Assembly (NCBI GenBank): GCA_023489485.1
Contig: JAMDCU010000131.1
Coordinates: 24,862-88,861 of the forward strand
Source: Chloroflexota bacterium
GTDB lineage: Bacteria > Chloroflexota > Anaerolineae > UBA4142
DNA length: 64,000 nucleotides
Direction: 5' to 3'
Position 1 is the stretch's first letter; each line of letters opens with the position of its first letter. A model generated the notes under the pieces. The model did not search any database. It was not told the origin of the DNA and saw nothing but the letters and a program-made list of their open reading frames with translations. This document shows positions 36,374 to 46,082 of the stretch, piece by piece. The position numbers and the translations under genes were made by a program.

Positions 36374-36667
36374 ATTTCTCGATTCTTGCTCAATGATGAG
36401 CGATCCAAATAGAAAGGCACTCGCCCCATAGCGCAGACGCGCTCAAAGACAAGTGCCGAGGATCGCCGTCGATCAACCCGCTCGCGCGACCTTCGTCACC
36501 CGGGGCGACAGGCAATCACACCAAGAATCGGATTGAGAGTGCCGTAGTCCAAGCTAGAAGTCTAGTCCGTAGCCACGGGGCAAAGAGATCAAGCGATCGA
36601 GGACAGTATACCACAAGATTATGGAAATCAACAAACGGAAATCAGTTTCACATTGCAGTTGCGACCG

Positions 36668-39640
36668 CTACCTTGCGCATACCATCGTGCGTGCCGCGCA
36701 CCATTCGCAGAGATCGGATTTCACCTGCGGAAAGGCGGCGTTTGGTCGAGCGAGGTTAGCCGTGAAATTCGCCAGTTCCTTCTGTAGACGCGTTTCATCT
36801 GCCGAAGCACAAGAGACAGGAAGCATTGCCGCGGTCGGCGCATGAAAGATCCAGAGTGTTGCCTCAGGTTTGAGCAAGCCGTCTTGCTTTGCGGCGAGCG
36901 CGTAGAGCCGCAGCTGATCCCCGTAGCGGTCCACCAGCCCTTCGGCAGCGATATCGGTCTTGAAATCGATCAGCCGGTCGGGCTCGAATCGGTCAGCCAC
37001 TCCAAAGACCCTGAGGATTCCATCGTCAAATTCCGTGGTCAGCGACACCCGCACTTCGACAGCGGCTGGCTCGGGAGGTACGCGGCCAATTTCACTCGCC
37101 AGATACAACTCCAACCATGTCTTCACGGTGTTCGCCTGACTGGCAGTCAGATGCGCGGACGACTCGCGGATGGACAAACCCAACAACTCATCTCCGGCTG
37201 CCTGATGGTATCGCGCATGTGCTGCGACCGCGCGGTGGAAAACGGAGCCGAGCAGCCGGCCCGTGCCATGCCCCTCTACGCGCTCTTCCTCTCGCTCAAT
37301 GTCCTCTTTCAACCGCCCGTACCGAGTGAGGTAGTAATAGCGATAGGCGGCAGGGCACTGTTGGTACCATCGGAATGCCGTGGGAGAAACATGGAACTCG
37401 CGTTTTGCTCGAACAAATACCGGTGCCATCGGTCCGGGTGTTGGCTCCGACCCAGCCGCGGAGGGAGAGGGAAGAGGGCTCTTCGGCTCTGGCGCGCGGT
37501 CCAGCGCGACGCCGGGCAGGGGGCTATCCGCCTGTCGGTTCCACAGTTCCTCGAAAAAGGTCTCAACTTTTCCGTACCGCTCGTCCTCGCGTTCCTTCTT
37601 GTTCGTCGCTGTGATGATCAGTCGCTTCTTGGCACGCGTGCAGGTGACGTACCACAGGCAGCGAGCCTCATTCTGCGTGCGACGTTTGCGCTCCACAAAC
37701 GCCGGGTGGTCTCCCTCTTCTTTCGGGATCACCAGACCTGAGCTCGGCTCGTGGAACGGCGACTGGCTCTGATTCGGGCGGACCTTTTGGCGTGAATCGG
37801 CCGCGATGACCATGGGGAATTCAAGCCCCTTGCTCGCATGCGCAGTGAGGACGCGTACGGCATCTTTTGCCGTATTCAATTCGGGCGCCTTAGCGCGCGG
37901 GTCACCCTCGAGCGTCAACCGTAAGTAGGTGACGAGATCGCGCAGGTATTCGGTGGGATGATCAGACTCGTACACCTGGACAATCGCTTGCAACTTCGTC
38001 AGGGCGCGCAGCGCCAGCGGGTCAGCCACACTTCCCAAGCCGCTCTGCTGCAGCGCCCAGTCGACAAAAGAGGCCATCGAGACCACCCACTGCTGTTTCT
38101 GCGATTCTTGCCGGAAAGCCATGAACTGGCCGACACGCGCGCGAACGATGGTGTCCTGAGTTGCTGCTTCTACTCGGCGGACCACACCCCACAGTCGCTC
38201 GCCTTTTTCGCGCGCACGTGCCAAGGCCGCGACCTGGTCCTGGCTGAGGCCGACCGCTGGGCTGAGGAGCACGCGCACGAGCGACAGGTCATCGGCTGGA
38301 TTGAGACAGACATTCAGGAGGTGAATAGCATCCAATACTTCCGGGCGTGTGAAGAAGGCATCTTGCGCTGAGACCTCATATGGAATCCCCGCCTTGCGGA
38401 GAGCGGCTGTGTAGGCGTCCAGGTAGGTTCTGGCTCGAATGAGAATAGCGATGTCGCCGAACTTGAGATCCTCCGCTGTGACTACCTGCGCGATCCAGCC
38501 GGCGACTGCTTCAGCCTCCTCTTCCCGTGTCGGACAGGCTTGAAGATCGACGATGACTCCGTCAAACTGCTCGTTCTTTGAATACGGTTTCAGCTCATCG
38601 TGTGCGTCAAATTCTGGCGCCACGCCAAAAGCATAACCCGCGATCGCTCGGTTCGCGACATCAAGGATCGGCTTGAGCGACCGGCGGTTTTCGATAAGCG
38701 GACGATCGTTACGCTTTCCCCCACGCATCGGGAAGTCAGCAATGTTGTTGACGCGTGCCTCCCGCCAGACGTAAATCGCCTGTCGGGGGTCCCCAACGAC
38801 CGTGACATTCGCCATCCCTTCGGCGGCGAGCGCTCGCAAGAGCCGGTCTTGGGCGAAATTGGTGTCCTGGTATTCGTCGACGAGGATAACCTTGAATTTC
38901 GTCCGCAACTCGTCGCGCAGCATCTTGTCATTTTCCAGGAGTGCGACCGCGCCAACAATGAGCCGGTCGAAATCGAGCTGCCCGCGGTCCTTCAATTCCT
39001 GCAAGTAGGCCGCATACAGCCAGTGCACGAGGGGAGCGAGCGTCCGATGCGCCTCCGATTCCGTTTCCTTGTCGACAACCTCATGCTTGAAATCCTCACG
39101 AGCTACACCCTGATTCAGCAGCTGATCCATGATCTCTTGCGCCGTCGCGAACGGCCCCCCATCTTCCCAGGTGTAGGCGCCGAGCTCAAGCGGATTCACC
39201 GTGCCGTACGCTTCGCGATAACCTTCTTCCAGAAAGCGCTCCTGCGCCTCCTCCATGAATTCCTGCACATCAACTGGGGTGAGAACCGGCAGGTTCGGGT
39301 CGACGCGTGCAGCGAGGCTGTGCTCGCGGAGCAAGCGAGCGCCAAAGGAGTGAAAAGTGCTAATGGAGGCGGCACTGAGATCCAGGCGATCGAATCCCAG
39401 GTCGGCTTGCGTGACCGCGCGAAAGATACGAGCCCGCATTTCGGCCGCCGCTTTCTCGCTGAAGGTCAGGACAAGAATGTTCTCCGGCCTGAGTGAACGG
39501 TCCTGCTCGAGGAGATGGACAAAGCGACGGGAAATCACCTCCGTTTTGCCGGTGCCAGCGCCGGCGACGACGCGTGTCGGTGTGCCGAGAGGGGCATGAA
39601 TCGCCTGGTCCTGTCCGGGGTTGGGGAGAAAGACGCTCAT
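36668..39640 (-). CDS. AddA/AdnB-like UvrD-family helicase with C-terminal RecB-type nuclease
   Basis: Helicase motifs 'AGAGTGKTE', 'DEYQDTN', 'GDPRQAIYVWREA', 'HASKGLEFP' and 'YVTCTRAKKRL'. Nuclease 'DRLIDFKTD'. Cys cluster 'QQCP...CEWCAARTMVC'. ATGA overlap with the upstream gene. Confidence 0.85.
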   Translation of the reverse strand: MSVFLPNPGQDQAIHAPLGTPTRVVAGAGTGKTEVISRRFVHLLEQDRSLRPENILVLTFSEKAAAEMRARIFRAVTQADLGFDRLDLSAASISTFHSFGARLLREHSLAARVDPNLPVLTPVDVQEFMEEAQERFLEEGYREAYGTVNPLELGAYTWEDGGPFATAQEIMDQLLNQGVAREDFKHEVVDKETESEAHRTLAPLVHWLYAAYLQELKDRGQLDFDRLIVGAVALLENDKMLRDELRTKFKVILVDEYQDTNFAQDRLLRALAAEGMANVTVVGDPRQAIYVWREARVNNIADFPMRGGKRNDRPLIENRRSLKPILDVANRAIAGYAFGVAPEFDAHDELKPYSKNEQFDGVIVDLQACPTREEEAEAVAGWIAQVVTAEDLKFGDIAILIRARTYLDAYTAALRKAGIPYEVSAQDAFFTRPEVLDAIHLLNVCLNPADDLSLVRVLLSPAVGLSQDQVAALARAREKGERLWGVVRRVEAATQDTIVRARVGQFMAFRQESQKQQWVVSMASFVDWALQQSGLGSVADPLALRALTKLQAIVQVYESDHPTEYLRDLVTYLRLTLEGDPRAKAPELNTAKDAVRVLTAHASKGLEFPMVIAADSRQKVRPNQSQSPFHEPSSGLVIPKEEGDHPAFVERKRRTQNEARCLWYVTCTRAKKRLIITATNKKEREDERYGKVETFFEELWNRQADSPLPGVALDRAPEPKSPLPSPSAAGSEPTPGPMAPVFVRAKREFHVSPTAFRWYQQCPAAYRYYYLTRYGRLKEDIEREEERVEGHGTGRLLGSVFHRAVAAHARYHQAAGDELLGLSIRESSAHLTASQANTVKTWLELYLASEIGRVPPEPAAVEVRVSLTTEFDDGILRVFGVADRFEPDRLIDFKTDIAAEGLVDRYGDQLRLYALAAKQDGLLKPEATLWIFHAPTAAMLPVSCASADETRLQKELANFTANLARPNAAFPQVKSDLCEWCAARTMVCAR

Positions 39641-42600
39641 GCTTCTCCTCCTGTGGCTTTGCCTTGGTCGCACACGGAGGTGAACGCACAATAGTTGCAG
39701 GCGCCGTAGGTGGGCGTCGCCGCGCACGGGGTTGAGGACATGCTGTTCAGGGTACTGGCAATCGCGTGGGGCATTTGCTTTTCGAGTGCGGAGATGGGCA
39801 GCTCGCCGCGTCGGTAATCGAGCTTACCCTTCGTGACTTGGATTGTCCGGCAAGATTCGGCAGTGTAGCTGCCATTATCCTTCTCTACGATCGAGCCGAT
39901 GTTCATATAGTGGAGGGCGCGGGGTGCACCCTGAATGCGTCGGACGCCAGCCATGAGCGCGAGTGCGTACAGCGGCAGCTGATAATCGCTTGGCCGCTTA
40001 TCCCCCTCGGGCAGGAATTTCTGCATCTGGGCATTGAGCGCATACTTGCCGGACGAGCCGGTCTTGTAGTCGATCACTTCGTAGAAGGTGCCCGCCGCGG
40101 TCTTAATCTGATCGATGCGATCAATCCGACCGGCAATCGGCAGCCCCTCGATCTCAAATCGGAAGGGGACTTCAAGAAGAATGGGGCGGCGGACTTCGGC
40201 ATCGGGGAGGCCACCGCTCTCAAATTCGGCCCAGGCCGCGAGCGCGTCTTGTGCCCACAGGTGCACGGCTCGGCGCTGGAGATCCGGCCCGAACCCGACA
40301 CTCCATTCGGCACTTGGGGTGTAGTGACCTCCTCCCGGCAGATCCGTCGCTTGACCTGTCCACGCCGCATCGAGGGCCTTTTGTGCGCGCTCCTTCAGTC
40401 TCGGGGCATCCCCGATCCAGGGCGCTTGTTTACCGCGCGACAGATCGACCTCCCGGCACGTGCCATCTCCCAATGCGGCGCACAAGACCTCGTGTATCAG
40501 CGAGCCGCGCCGCGGCGTATCCTCTTCCTCGGTTTCGATGTTCAGAACATGCGCCAGAAAGAATTGCAGGGGACAGGTCAAGTACATCCGGATCTGCGTG
40601 GCGGAGAAGGTGTGATTGTTCAGGACTTTCGCGGGCTCGGGTGCAGAGCCAGAATGGCGGGGAGGTCCCCCCACCGATAGCGGAGCAAACTCTGAAGCCT
40701 TGCTCCAGAAGACCGGATGGGTAAGCTGAATTTGCCCATCTTTGTCGATCTCGCCCTCGTCAGCGAGCATTCGTTCGAAAAAGGGCGACGGGAGTTGGGC
40801 CTCGCCTCCCGCTGTAAACTGGCTGACCGACACCTGAAGATGTTCGGTGCCGCGGCTGAGCAAGACAGCGAGCTTGCGTGCCTCCCGTTCGATCCACGCG
40901 GCGTGATCCTTCAGAGCGGGCAGAACGACGCGTCGCCCATCGGCGAACAATGCCGGCAGTTCTTTCTCCGAGATGAGCTGCAAAGGCGTGTTCTGGATTG
41001 GGCAAGCGTTTTCGGACAAGCCGACGACAAAGGCGCGACGGGCGTGGCTTCCATTCGCGTGCAGGCTATCGAGGAATTGGATCTCCTCGGGACGCGTTTC
41101 GGTTTGGGTAAGCTCATCCGCTAGACCATCGAGGAGGTCGATCCACTCCTCAAACGGCGTATTGACGGAGCGTGCGGTCCCTTCCAAATCCGAGATCGCG
41201 ACAAGCCAGTTGGAAAATGTGCGCGCCCACTCGTCGCGCTGAGCGCGTCCGAAAGCGGAATTGTCCCACGCCCACGCGATACCGCCGAGATCGCGTATCA
41301 ACTGGAAAAGCTGCGGTCTCAGAGGTGATTCCTTATTCAACTTACCGAGTGCCTCGCGGACGCGTCCCAAGCAGGCGGTGGTCGCTTCCGGCGCTACGAG
41401 CGATGGCATTTCCGTGCCCTCGAGCTCAAGAATGCTCTTTTCATGTTCCTTCGCGGCGCGCTCCAAAGCCGCGCGGTCGATCGGATCGATTGCCACATAA
41501 GGCAGGGCCAATAACTCGGAGTCGATTTCAGCGTCGGCGCCTTGTGCGAGCCATTGGAGGGCAAGGATGCCCGCATAAATGAGCGGGTTGTGCCGCGCGG
41601 GAGGTGGTTGCGGAGAGACGAGTCCATAACGCGCTAACACGCGTCGTGCAAAGGGGAGCAATCCAGCATCTGCAGCAACGATGGCAATCTCGCTCGGTTT
41701 CAGGGCGCGGTCCCGAGCCAGTTGATCGGCAACTGCCCGCGCCACAAGCTCCGCTTCGTCTTCGACGGCAGAGGCGCCGGCTGCCAGCATAATGGGAGAA
41801 GCTATCGGCTGCCTCGCACCCGGCATCTGTATCACGCGACCGATGAGGGACGTGATAGCGGGATTCAAGTCGGGCGCTGGTCGGTCGAGTGTTTCTACCT
41901 GCTCACAACTCTGCAAGAACTCCTGAACATGTCTCAATTCCGGAGAAGCGGGGTTTTCCTGGAACCAGGCGGTTCCGGTGAAACGAGTGTCGGGACCGCA
42001 CAGCCGCTCGATCAAGGCCAACTGGTCGGGGCGGGCTTGGTGCAGATCATCCACCATGACAACGGGGAAGCGATTATGTACGCCTCGCGCAATGCCCTCT
42101 TCCGCAAGGAGATCGAGGCAGCGCAAGCTCGATTCCTGAAAGGTGAGCACCCGATGCTGCTCGCACAGCTCAATGTAGTGGGCGTAGACGCGGGCGAGTT
42201 CGTGCTCGCTCAACTCGCCGGGAGTTAGAGTGAATCGGCGTCTGTTTTGCGAGATCCAGTCCACCACTCGCGTCAGCTCACCGACAGCTCCTGGCGCTTC
42301 GTGGAACTCGCGCCACAATGCTCCTCCGACATCCGCCCATGCACGGGCGATGATGAGAGCCCGCGCCGCCGGACTGATTTCCTCAAGCGGAGTGTCGAGC
42401 CCCACAGTGTCCACGTATTCGGTGAGCAGGGTGAGCTGAAAATGCTGAAGGGTCGTTACGTTGGGCAGGAATTGCGCCACCTCGTGGAGCTTGTGGCGCA
42501 GGGCTTGCGCGTTGGCCGAAAAGAAGGAAAGAAGGAGAATTCTCTGCGGAGAAACGTGCTCCTTTCGAACGCAGTGAATATAGTCCCTAAGCAGGCGTGA

Positions 42601-42666
42601 GGACTTGCCCGTCAGGGGAGTGCCTGTAAGAACACGACGAAAGGCAGGAGAAGAAGGAGTCGACAT
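39637..42666 (-). CDS. AddB/AdnA-like helicase-nuclease subunit (degenerate motor, RecB-type nuclease, Fe-S-type cysteines)
   Basis: Walker A 'GTPLTGKSS' but no DEYQD box ('VVMVDDLHQ'). Nuclease 'IDRIDQI...VIDYKTG'. 'LTCPLQFF' plus the terminal 'CNYCAFTSVC' (C-x2-C-x5-C) resembles the AddB iron staple. Confidence 0.8.
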   Translation of the reverse strand: MSTPSSPAFRRVLTGTPLTGKSSRLLRDYIHCVRKEHVSPQRILLLSFFSANAQALRHKLHEVAQFLPNVTTLQHFQLTLLTEYVDTVGLDTPLEEISPAARALIIARAWADVGGALWREFHEAPGAVGELTRVVDWISQNRRRFTLTPGELSEHELARVYAHYIELCEQHRVLTFQESSLRCLDLLAEEGIARGVHNRFPVVMVDDLHQARPDQLALIERLCGPDTRFTGTAWFQENPASPELRHVQEFLQSCEQVETLDRPAPDLNPAITSLIGRVIQMPGARQPIASPIMLAAGASAVEDEAELVARAVADQLARDRALKPSEIAIVAADAGLLPFARRVLARYGLVSPQPPPARHNPLIYAGILALQWLAQGADAEIDSELLALPYVAIDPIDRAALERAAKEHEKSILELEGTEMPSLVAPEATTACLGRVREALGKLNKESPLRPQLFQLIRDLGGIAWAWDNSAFGRAQRDEWARTFSNWLVAISDLEGTARSVNTPFEEWIDLLDGLADELTQTETRPEEIQFLDSLHANGSHARRAFVVGLSENACPIQNTPLQLISEKELPALFADGRRVVLPALKDHAAWIEREARKLAVLLSRGTEHLQVSVSQFTAGGEAQLPSPFFERMLADEGEIDKDGQIQLTHPVFWSKASEFAPLSVGGPPRHSGSAPEPAKVLNNHTFSATQIRMYLTCPLQFFLAHVLNIETEEEDTPRRGSLIHEVLCAALGDGTCREVDLSRGKQAPWIGDAPRLKERAQKALDAAWTGQATDLPGGGHYTPSAEWSVGFGPDLQRRAVHLWAQDALAAWAEFESGGLPDAEVRRPILLEVPFRFEIEGLPIAGRIDRIDQIKTAAGTFYEVIDYKTGSSGKYALNAQMQKFLPEGDKRPSDYQLPLYALALMAGVRRIQGAPRALHYMNIGSIVEKDNGSYTAESCRTIQVTKGKLDYRRGELPISALEKQMPHAIASTLNSMSSTPCAATPTYGACNYCAFTSVCDQGKATGGEA

Positions 42667-43480
42667 GGAGCAGTGCGCCTCTGTGAAATTCTGTGATCAC
42701 TGCACTTGCCAATCGCGTTCGAGATCTGATTATCGAGGAACAAAAAACACCCCTGCCAGATGCGCGTCTGCATCCAGCAGCAGGTGCTACTTACTGTCCA
42801 ATAGCCTTGTTCAAATAAGCTTTGTCGCAGGCTGAGTTATCCCGCATCATGTCTCAGGGTCCGACCCGCAAGAGATGAGTGTACGAGTTTGGTCTGTTGG
42901 ACCATCAGGGAGAGCGAGGGCATGTCGGTGCTGACGACGGGAGGTATGCATGCCCAAAGACAAAGCCGAGCACACGAGTCAAAAGAGCGTGCTGCTTCTG
43001 ACTCTAGGTACTGCCACAGTATAGCGCGAGAAGCAGCAAGCGTCAAACAACCGACCACATATTGAATCGGTGAACCACATGAGGCCCCGAAGCCCAAAGC
43101 CAAGAAAATTGGCCCAATGCTAGTCGTCGAGCGTCCGCGAATCCCTTTTTGTTGACAACGGAGTTCTGTGATATATTAGCTGTGCGAGCTAGCTCGTTAG
43201 TTTCCTTTGCCCCTGGTACATGGAATGGTCGAAGGTTGCTTCAAAGGAGAAGCACAAATGGCCGTGCTCGGGGCTTGCCGCATGACTAGTCTTGAGCGCC
43301 TGTCTTCCGACGTGACGTTGCGTCGGAGGCAGGTGTTTCGCTTTTTCGGGTGGCCTGCACGCGATTACGGTTGTCTGGAGATTTCGGCGCCGCATGCCAT
43401 ATCACCACATTCATTGACGCCCTACACATCACAGTGCCCACTCCATAAATGATACTGCATTCCCACATAGGAGGAAACAC

Positions 43481-43708
43481 ATGGAACGCTATCAGAATCT
43501 CGGCGGTGATTCGGGCGTCGCAGGCTATGAAATTGGTCCTGACTATATACGGGTCCAATTCTCCGATGGCTCGATCTATCTATATACGTGCATGAGCGCT
43601 GGCGATCAGAATATAGAGCATATGAAACAACTGGCCAGGAACGGTCAGGGACTCAATTCGTTCATCAACGCAGCTGTTCGCAAAGCATATGCGCGAAAGG
43701 AGCGCTAA
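43481..43708 (+). CDS. KTSC-domain-like small protein
   Basis: Strong RBS (AGGAGGAAACAC-ATG). 'VAGYEIGPDYIRVQFSDGSIYLYT...GLNSFIN' fits the KTSC pattern. Confidence 0.55.
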   Translation: MERYQNLGGDSGVAGYEIGPDYIRVQFSDGSIYLYTCMSAGDQNIEHMKQLARNGQGLNSFINAAVRKAYARKER

Positions 43709-44053
43709 CACCAAACACCGCCTGTTGCGACAGCCAGTCCGCTTTGAATCCCACAAACAAGTTCACGATTCGGCGTAGTGTGCCCCAGTGCAAGCAACGT
43801 AATATTCGGGAAGGTATTCCTTTACGGACGCTTCGGGTTGTTGAGTACAAACGAGGCAAAGTTCGGGACCTACGCCTGCCGACACGACTACAATTTATGC
43901 TGGAATCAAATCCGACGCAAACCCGAGAGACCGGCGCACTTGCTAGGTTGATCTTTGCGGCCATCTGGCGCTAGGACCAAGCACAGGTTCGGATATTCTT
44001 CTGAAAAACTCCGTGGTGTCATAGTTCTAAACGGATCACTGGAGGATATACCC

Positions 44054-44614
44054 ATGTGGGATTGGATCGTAGCTAACAAGGAATGGGTCTTCAGTGGCAT
44101 TGGTGTCGCCGCGTTGCTGACCATTGTCCAGCTTGTCCGCAACCGTATAGAACATCATGTTCCACGTGGAGAGCCCGCAACTGCTTACCCACCGCTTGCT
44201 CAAGCAATACCACAGAAGCCACTGGAGTATGAGTTTCTGCCCCTCTCATTTGATGTGTCCCTCAACCAAGAAATTCCTCAAATCGCCATTTGGCTTTACG
44301 CCGTCAACTATTTGCCCACAGCTCTGGAATTCCGTTCGTTGCAGGTCAGAAATATCTATCTTTCAACTGGTCCTGATCTAGCGAGTATCCCGGCCACAGA
44401 TGAGGTCAGAGTCCCTGCCCGGCACTCCAAGCTTGTCCACTGTCGACGAGCACTTTTGGACGCCGAAGTCAGGGCAATTGACAAGAAGTCCCTAACGGCT
44501 CCGTGGAATGCCACTCTCGCCATTACTTGTAAGATTGTACAAGGACGCAAAGAGGCACCCTACGGTTCCGGACTTATTTCAATGAATGGCTGGGTTGCAG
44601 GACGAACAGGCTAG
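44054..44614 (+). CDS. N-terminally membrane-anchored protein of unknown function
   Basis: GGAGG RBS 8 nt upstream of the ATG at 44054. 'WVFSGIGVAALLTIVQLV' is a TM helix, followed by a ~150-aa domain of unassigned fold. The track ORF starts further upstream at 43955. Confidence 0.5.
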   Translation: MWDWIVANKEWVFSGIGVAALLTIVQLVRNRIEHHVPRGEPATAYPPLAQAIPQKPLEYEFLPLSFDVSLNQEIPQIAIWLYAVNYLPTALEFRSLQVRNIYLSTGPDLASIPATDEVRVPARHSKLVHCRRALLDAEVRAIDKKSLTAPWNATLAITCKIVQGRKEAPYGSGLISMNGWVAGRTG

Positions 44615-44700
44615 TGAGATTCTGAACCGAAAAAGCCCTCACGTCTCTGGAACGGTCGCTAATTGGCAAAGCGGCCAATCGATGCTCCTCTGAATTGTCT

Positions 44701-45603
44701 ATGCCTGACCGTCGAAAGCCGCTGATGAATTACCAAGAGGAAAGGGCCAGCGAGATTCTGAACAAAGTCTCGCAGGAGAATGGTTCGCGCGCCTATATAA
44801 AAGTGAGAATTGCTGATGTATTGGATATCCGTTACAGTGGACTTACCGATGACGAATACAGTTATGCGCTAAAGGCCCATTTTGATTTCGTCGTAGCAGA
44901 CCAAGACCACAAAGCTCTGTTTGCTGTCGAGTTCGACGGCCCGTATCATGAATCCGACAAAACCGCCATCGCAAATGATATCAAGAAGAACTCAGTCTGC
45001 GAAAAACTGGGACTCCAACTGCTCCGGATCAATGCGGATTTTCTGGACTTGCAAGCTAGACGCTTCACCATTCTGAGTTGGCTAGTTGAGATATGGTTTC
45101 TTGAGCAAGCGTTTTATGAGGCGCAGGATGCAGGCAGCATCCCATCTGATGAACCTTTCATGCACTTTGCCGTTCTTTCGGACTCGGTTCAAGACATGCA
45201 GGAAGGGAAGATCACTTTTCCATACGATTTGTCCTTCCCGTCACGGATCTTCATCGCCAGAGCCTATCACAAGGGTCTATGCAAGGACTTTGCGCCATCG
45301 GTCCATGTCACAGAAATCCCTGACCAGTCCATCGCGATGGGCATTGGACTCATACGGGTAAACGACGCAGATGTAATCATAGGAGAAGCGCATTCCAACC
45401 TGTTCCAATTCGGCTCAGTGACCCACTTTGACTTGTGCGAGGACCTGGCGACCATCGACGCGGCCGAAAAGCTGAAGCGCTACTTGCAGGGAAATACTAA
45501 GCCAGACACATTCCGTGAAGCAACGCAGCGGATAAACCGTCTACAAAAGGCTGCCAAGATATCAGGTGCGCACGTATGGCACAGTGGAGTCGTATGGGAA
45601 TAG
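44701..45603 (+). CDS. DUF2726 (restriction-endonuclease-like fold) protein with an extra C-terminal domain
   Basis: 'AHFDFVVADQDHKALFAVEFDGPYHESDKTAIANDIKKNSVCEKLGLQLLRI' matches the D...E-x-D...H...D-x-x-K core of DUF2726. About 170 further residues are unassigned. Confidence 0.7.
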   Translation: MPDRRKPLMNYQEERASEILNKVSQENGSRAYIKVRIADVLDIRYSGLTDDEYSYALKAHFDFVVADQDHKALFAVEFDGPYHESDKTAIANDIKKNSVCEKLGLQLLRINADFLDLQARRFTILSWLVEIWFLEQAFYEAQDAGSIPSDEPFMHFAVLSDSVQDMQEGKITFPYDLSFPSRIFIARAYHKGLCKDFAPSVHVTEIPDQSIAMGIGLIRVNDADVIIGEAHSNLFQFGSVTHFDLCEDLATIDAAEKLKRYLQGNTKPDTFREATQRINRLQKAAKISGAHVWHSGVVWE

Positions 45604-45863
45604 AAGTTCCGGCTAATGCCAACGGCCTCATCGGTCCTTTTGCGCTAAGGCGGGCGTGATTGGAGGTATGCCGGGAACAGTGGATGATGTCGAGCATTGA
45701 ATTCGGGACGTGGGAAGACCCGCTACCGATATCACGCGCAGTACCGGTTGAGCGAGACTTCTTTATTGTTCGCCCGAACGCACCGAGGCTATAGCTATCT
45801 CAACAACAAGAACGAAGATGTCGGTGTTCTTCGAACTGACTATTCCGTGCCCGGAGGCGCCAA

Positions 45864-46082
45864 ATGGCACAAGAGGACATCAAATCCAAGTGGTTGTCTG
45901 CATCTGAACTCATGAATTCTTTATTCGATGTGACTCTTATGGCCCCAGAATTCGACCCGGACGTGGTGGCTCTCGTCAAGCTCCATCTAGGGTGCGGTTC
46001 CCCCCAGTCCAAAGCAGGAAGCAACTTGGCGAATGCCCTGTTAGCGCTAGCATCCCAAAGAGCCAACAGAGGTCAGACATGA
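45864..46082 (+). CDS. Small helical protein translationally coupled to the downstream ATPase
   Basis: GGAGG RBS 7 nt upstream of the ATG. The stop overlaps the ATPase ATG as ATGA (46079-46082). 72 aa, no motif. Confidence 0.4.
   Translation: MAQEDIKSKWLSASELMNSLFDVTLMAPEFDPDVVALVKLHLGCGSPQSKAGSNLANALLALASQRANRGQT

Noticed and set aside
36842-40680. Several 300-aa + strand ORFs (36842-37741, 38600-39496, 39766-40680) opposite the AddAB-like genes
   Set aside because: They are shadow frames of long minus-strand genes that carry complete helicase and nuclease motif sets. No motifs appear in the + strand translations.
42735-42775. Near-palindrome CAGATGCGCGTCTG next to an A/T run upstream of the AddB-like gene
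   Set aside because: The stem is only about 4 bp once a loop is allowed, so it is not a convincing terminator or operator.
43152-43177. TTGACA followed by TG-n-TATATT, a possible promoter for the + strand cluster
   Set aside because: The spacer is only 14 nt and the element lies ~300 nt upstream of the first gene. It is plausible as an extended -10 promoter but not supportable without mapping data.
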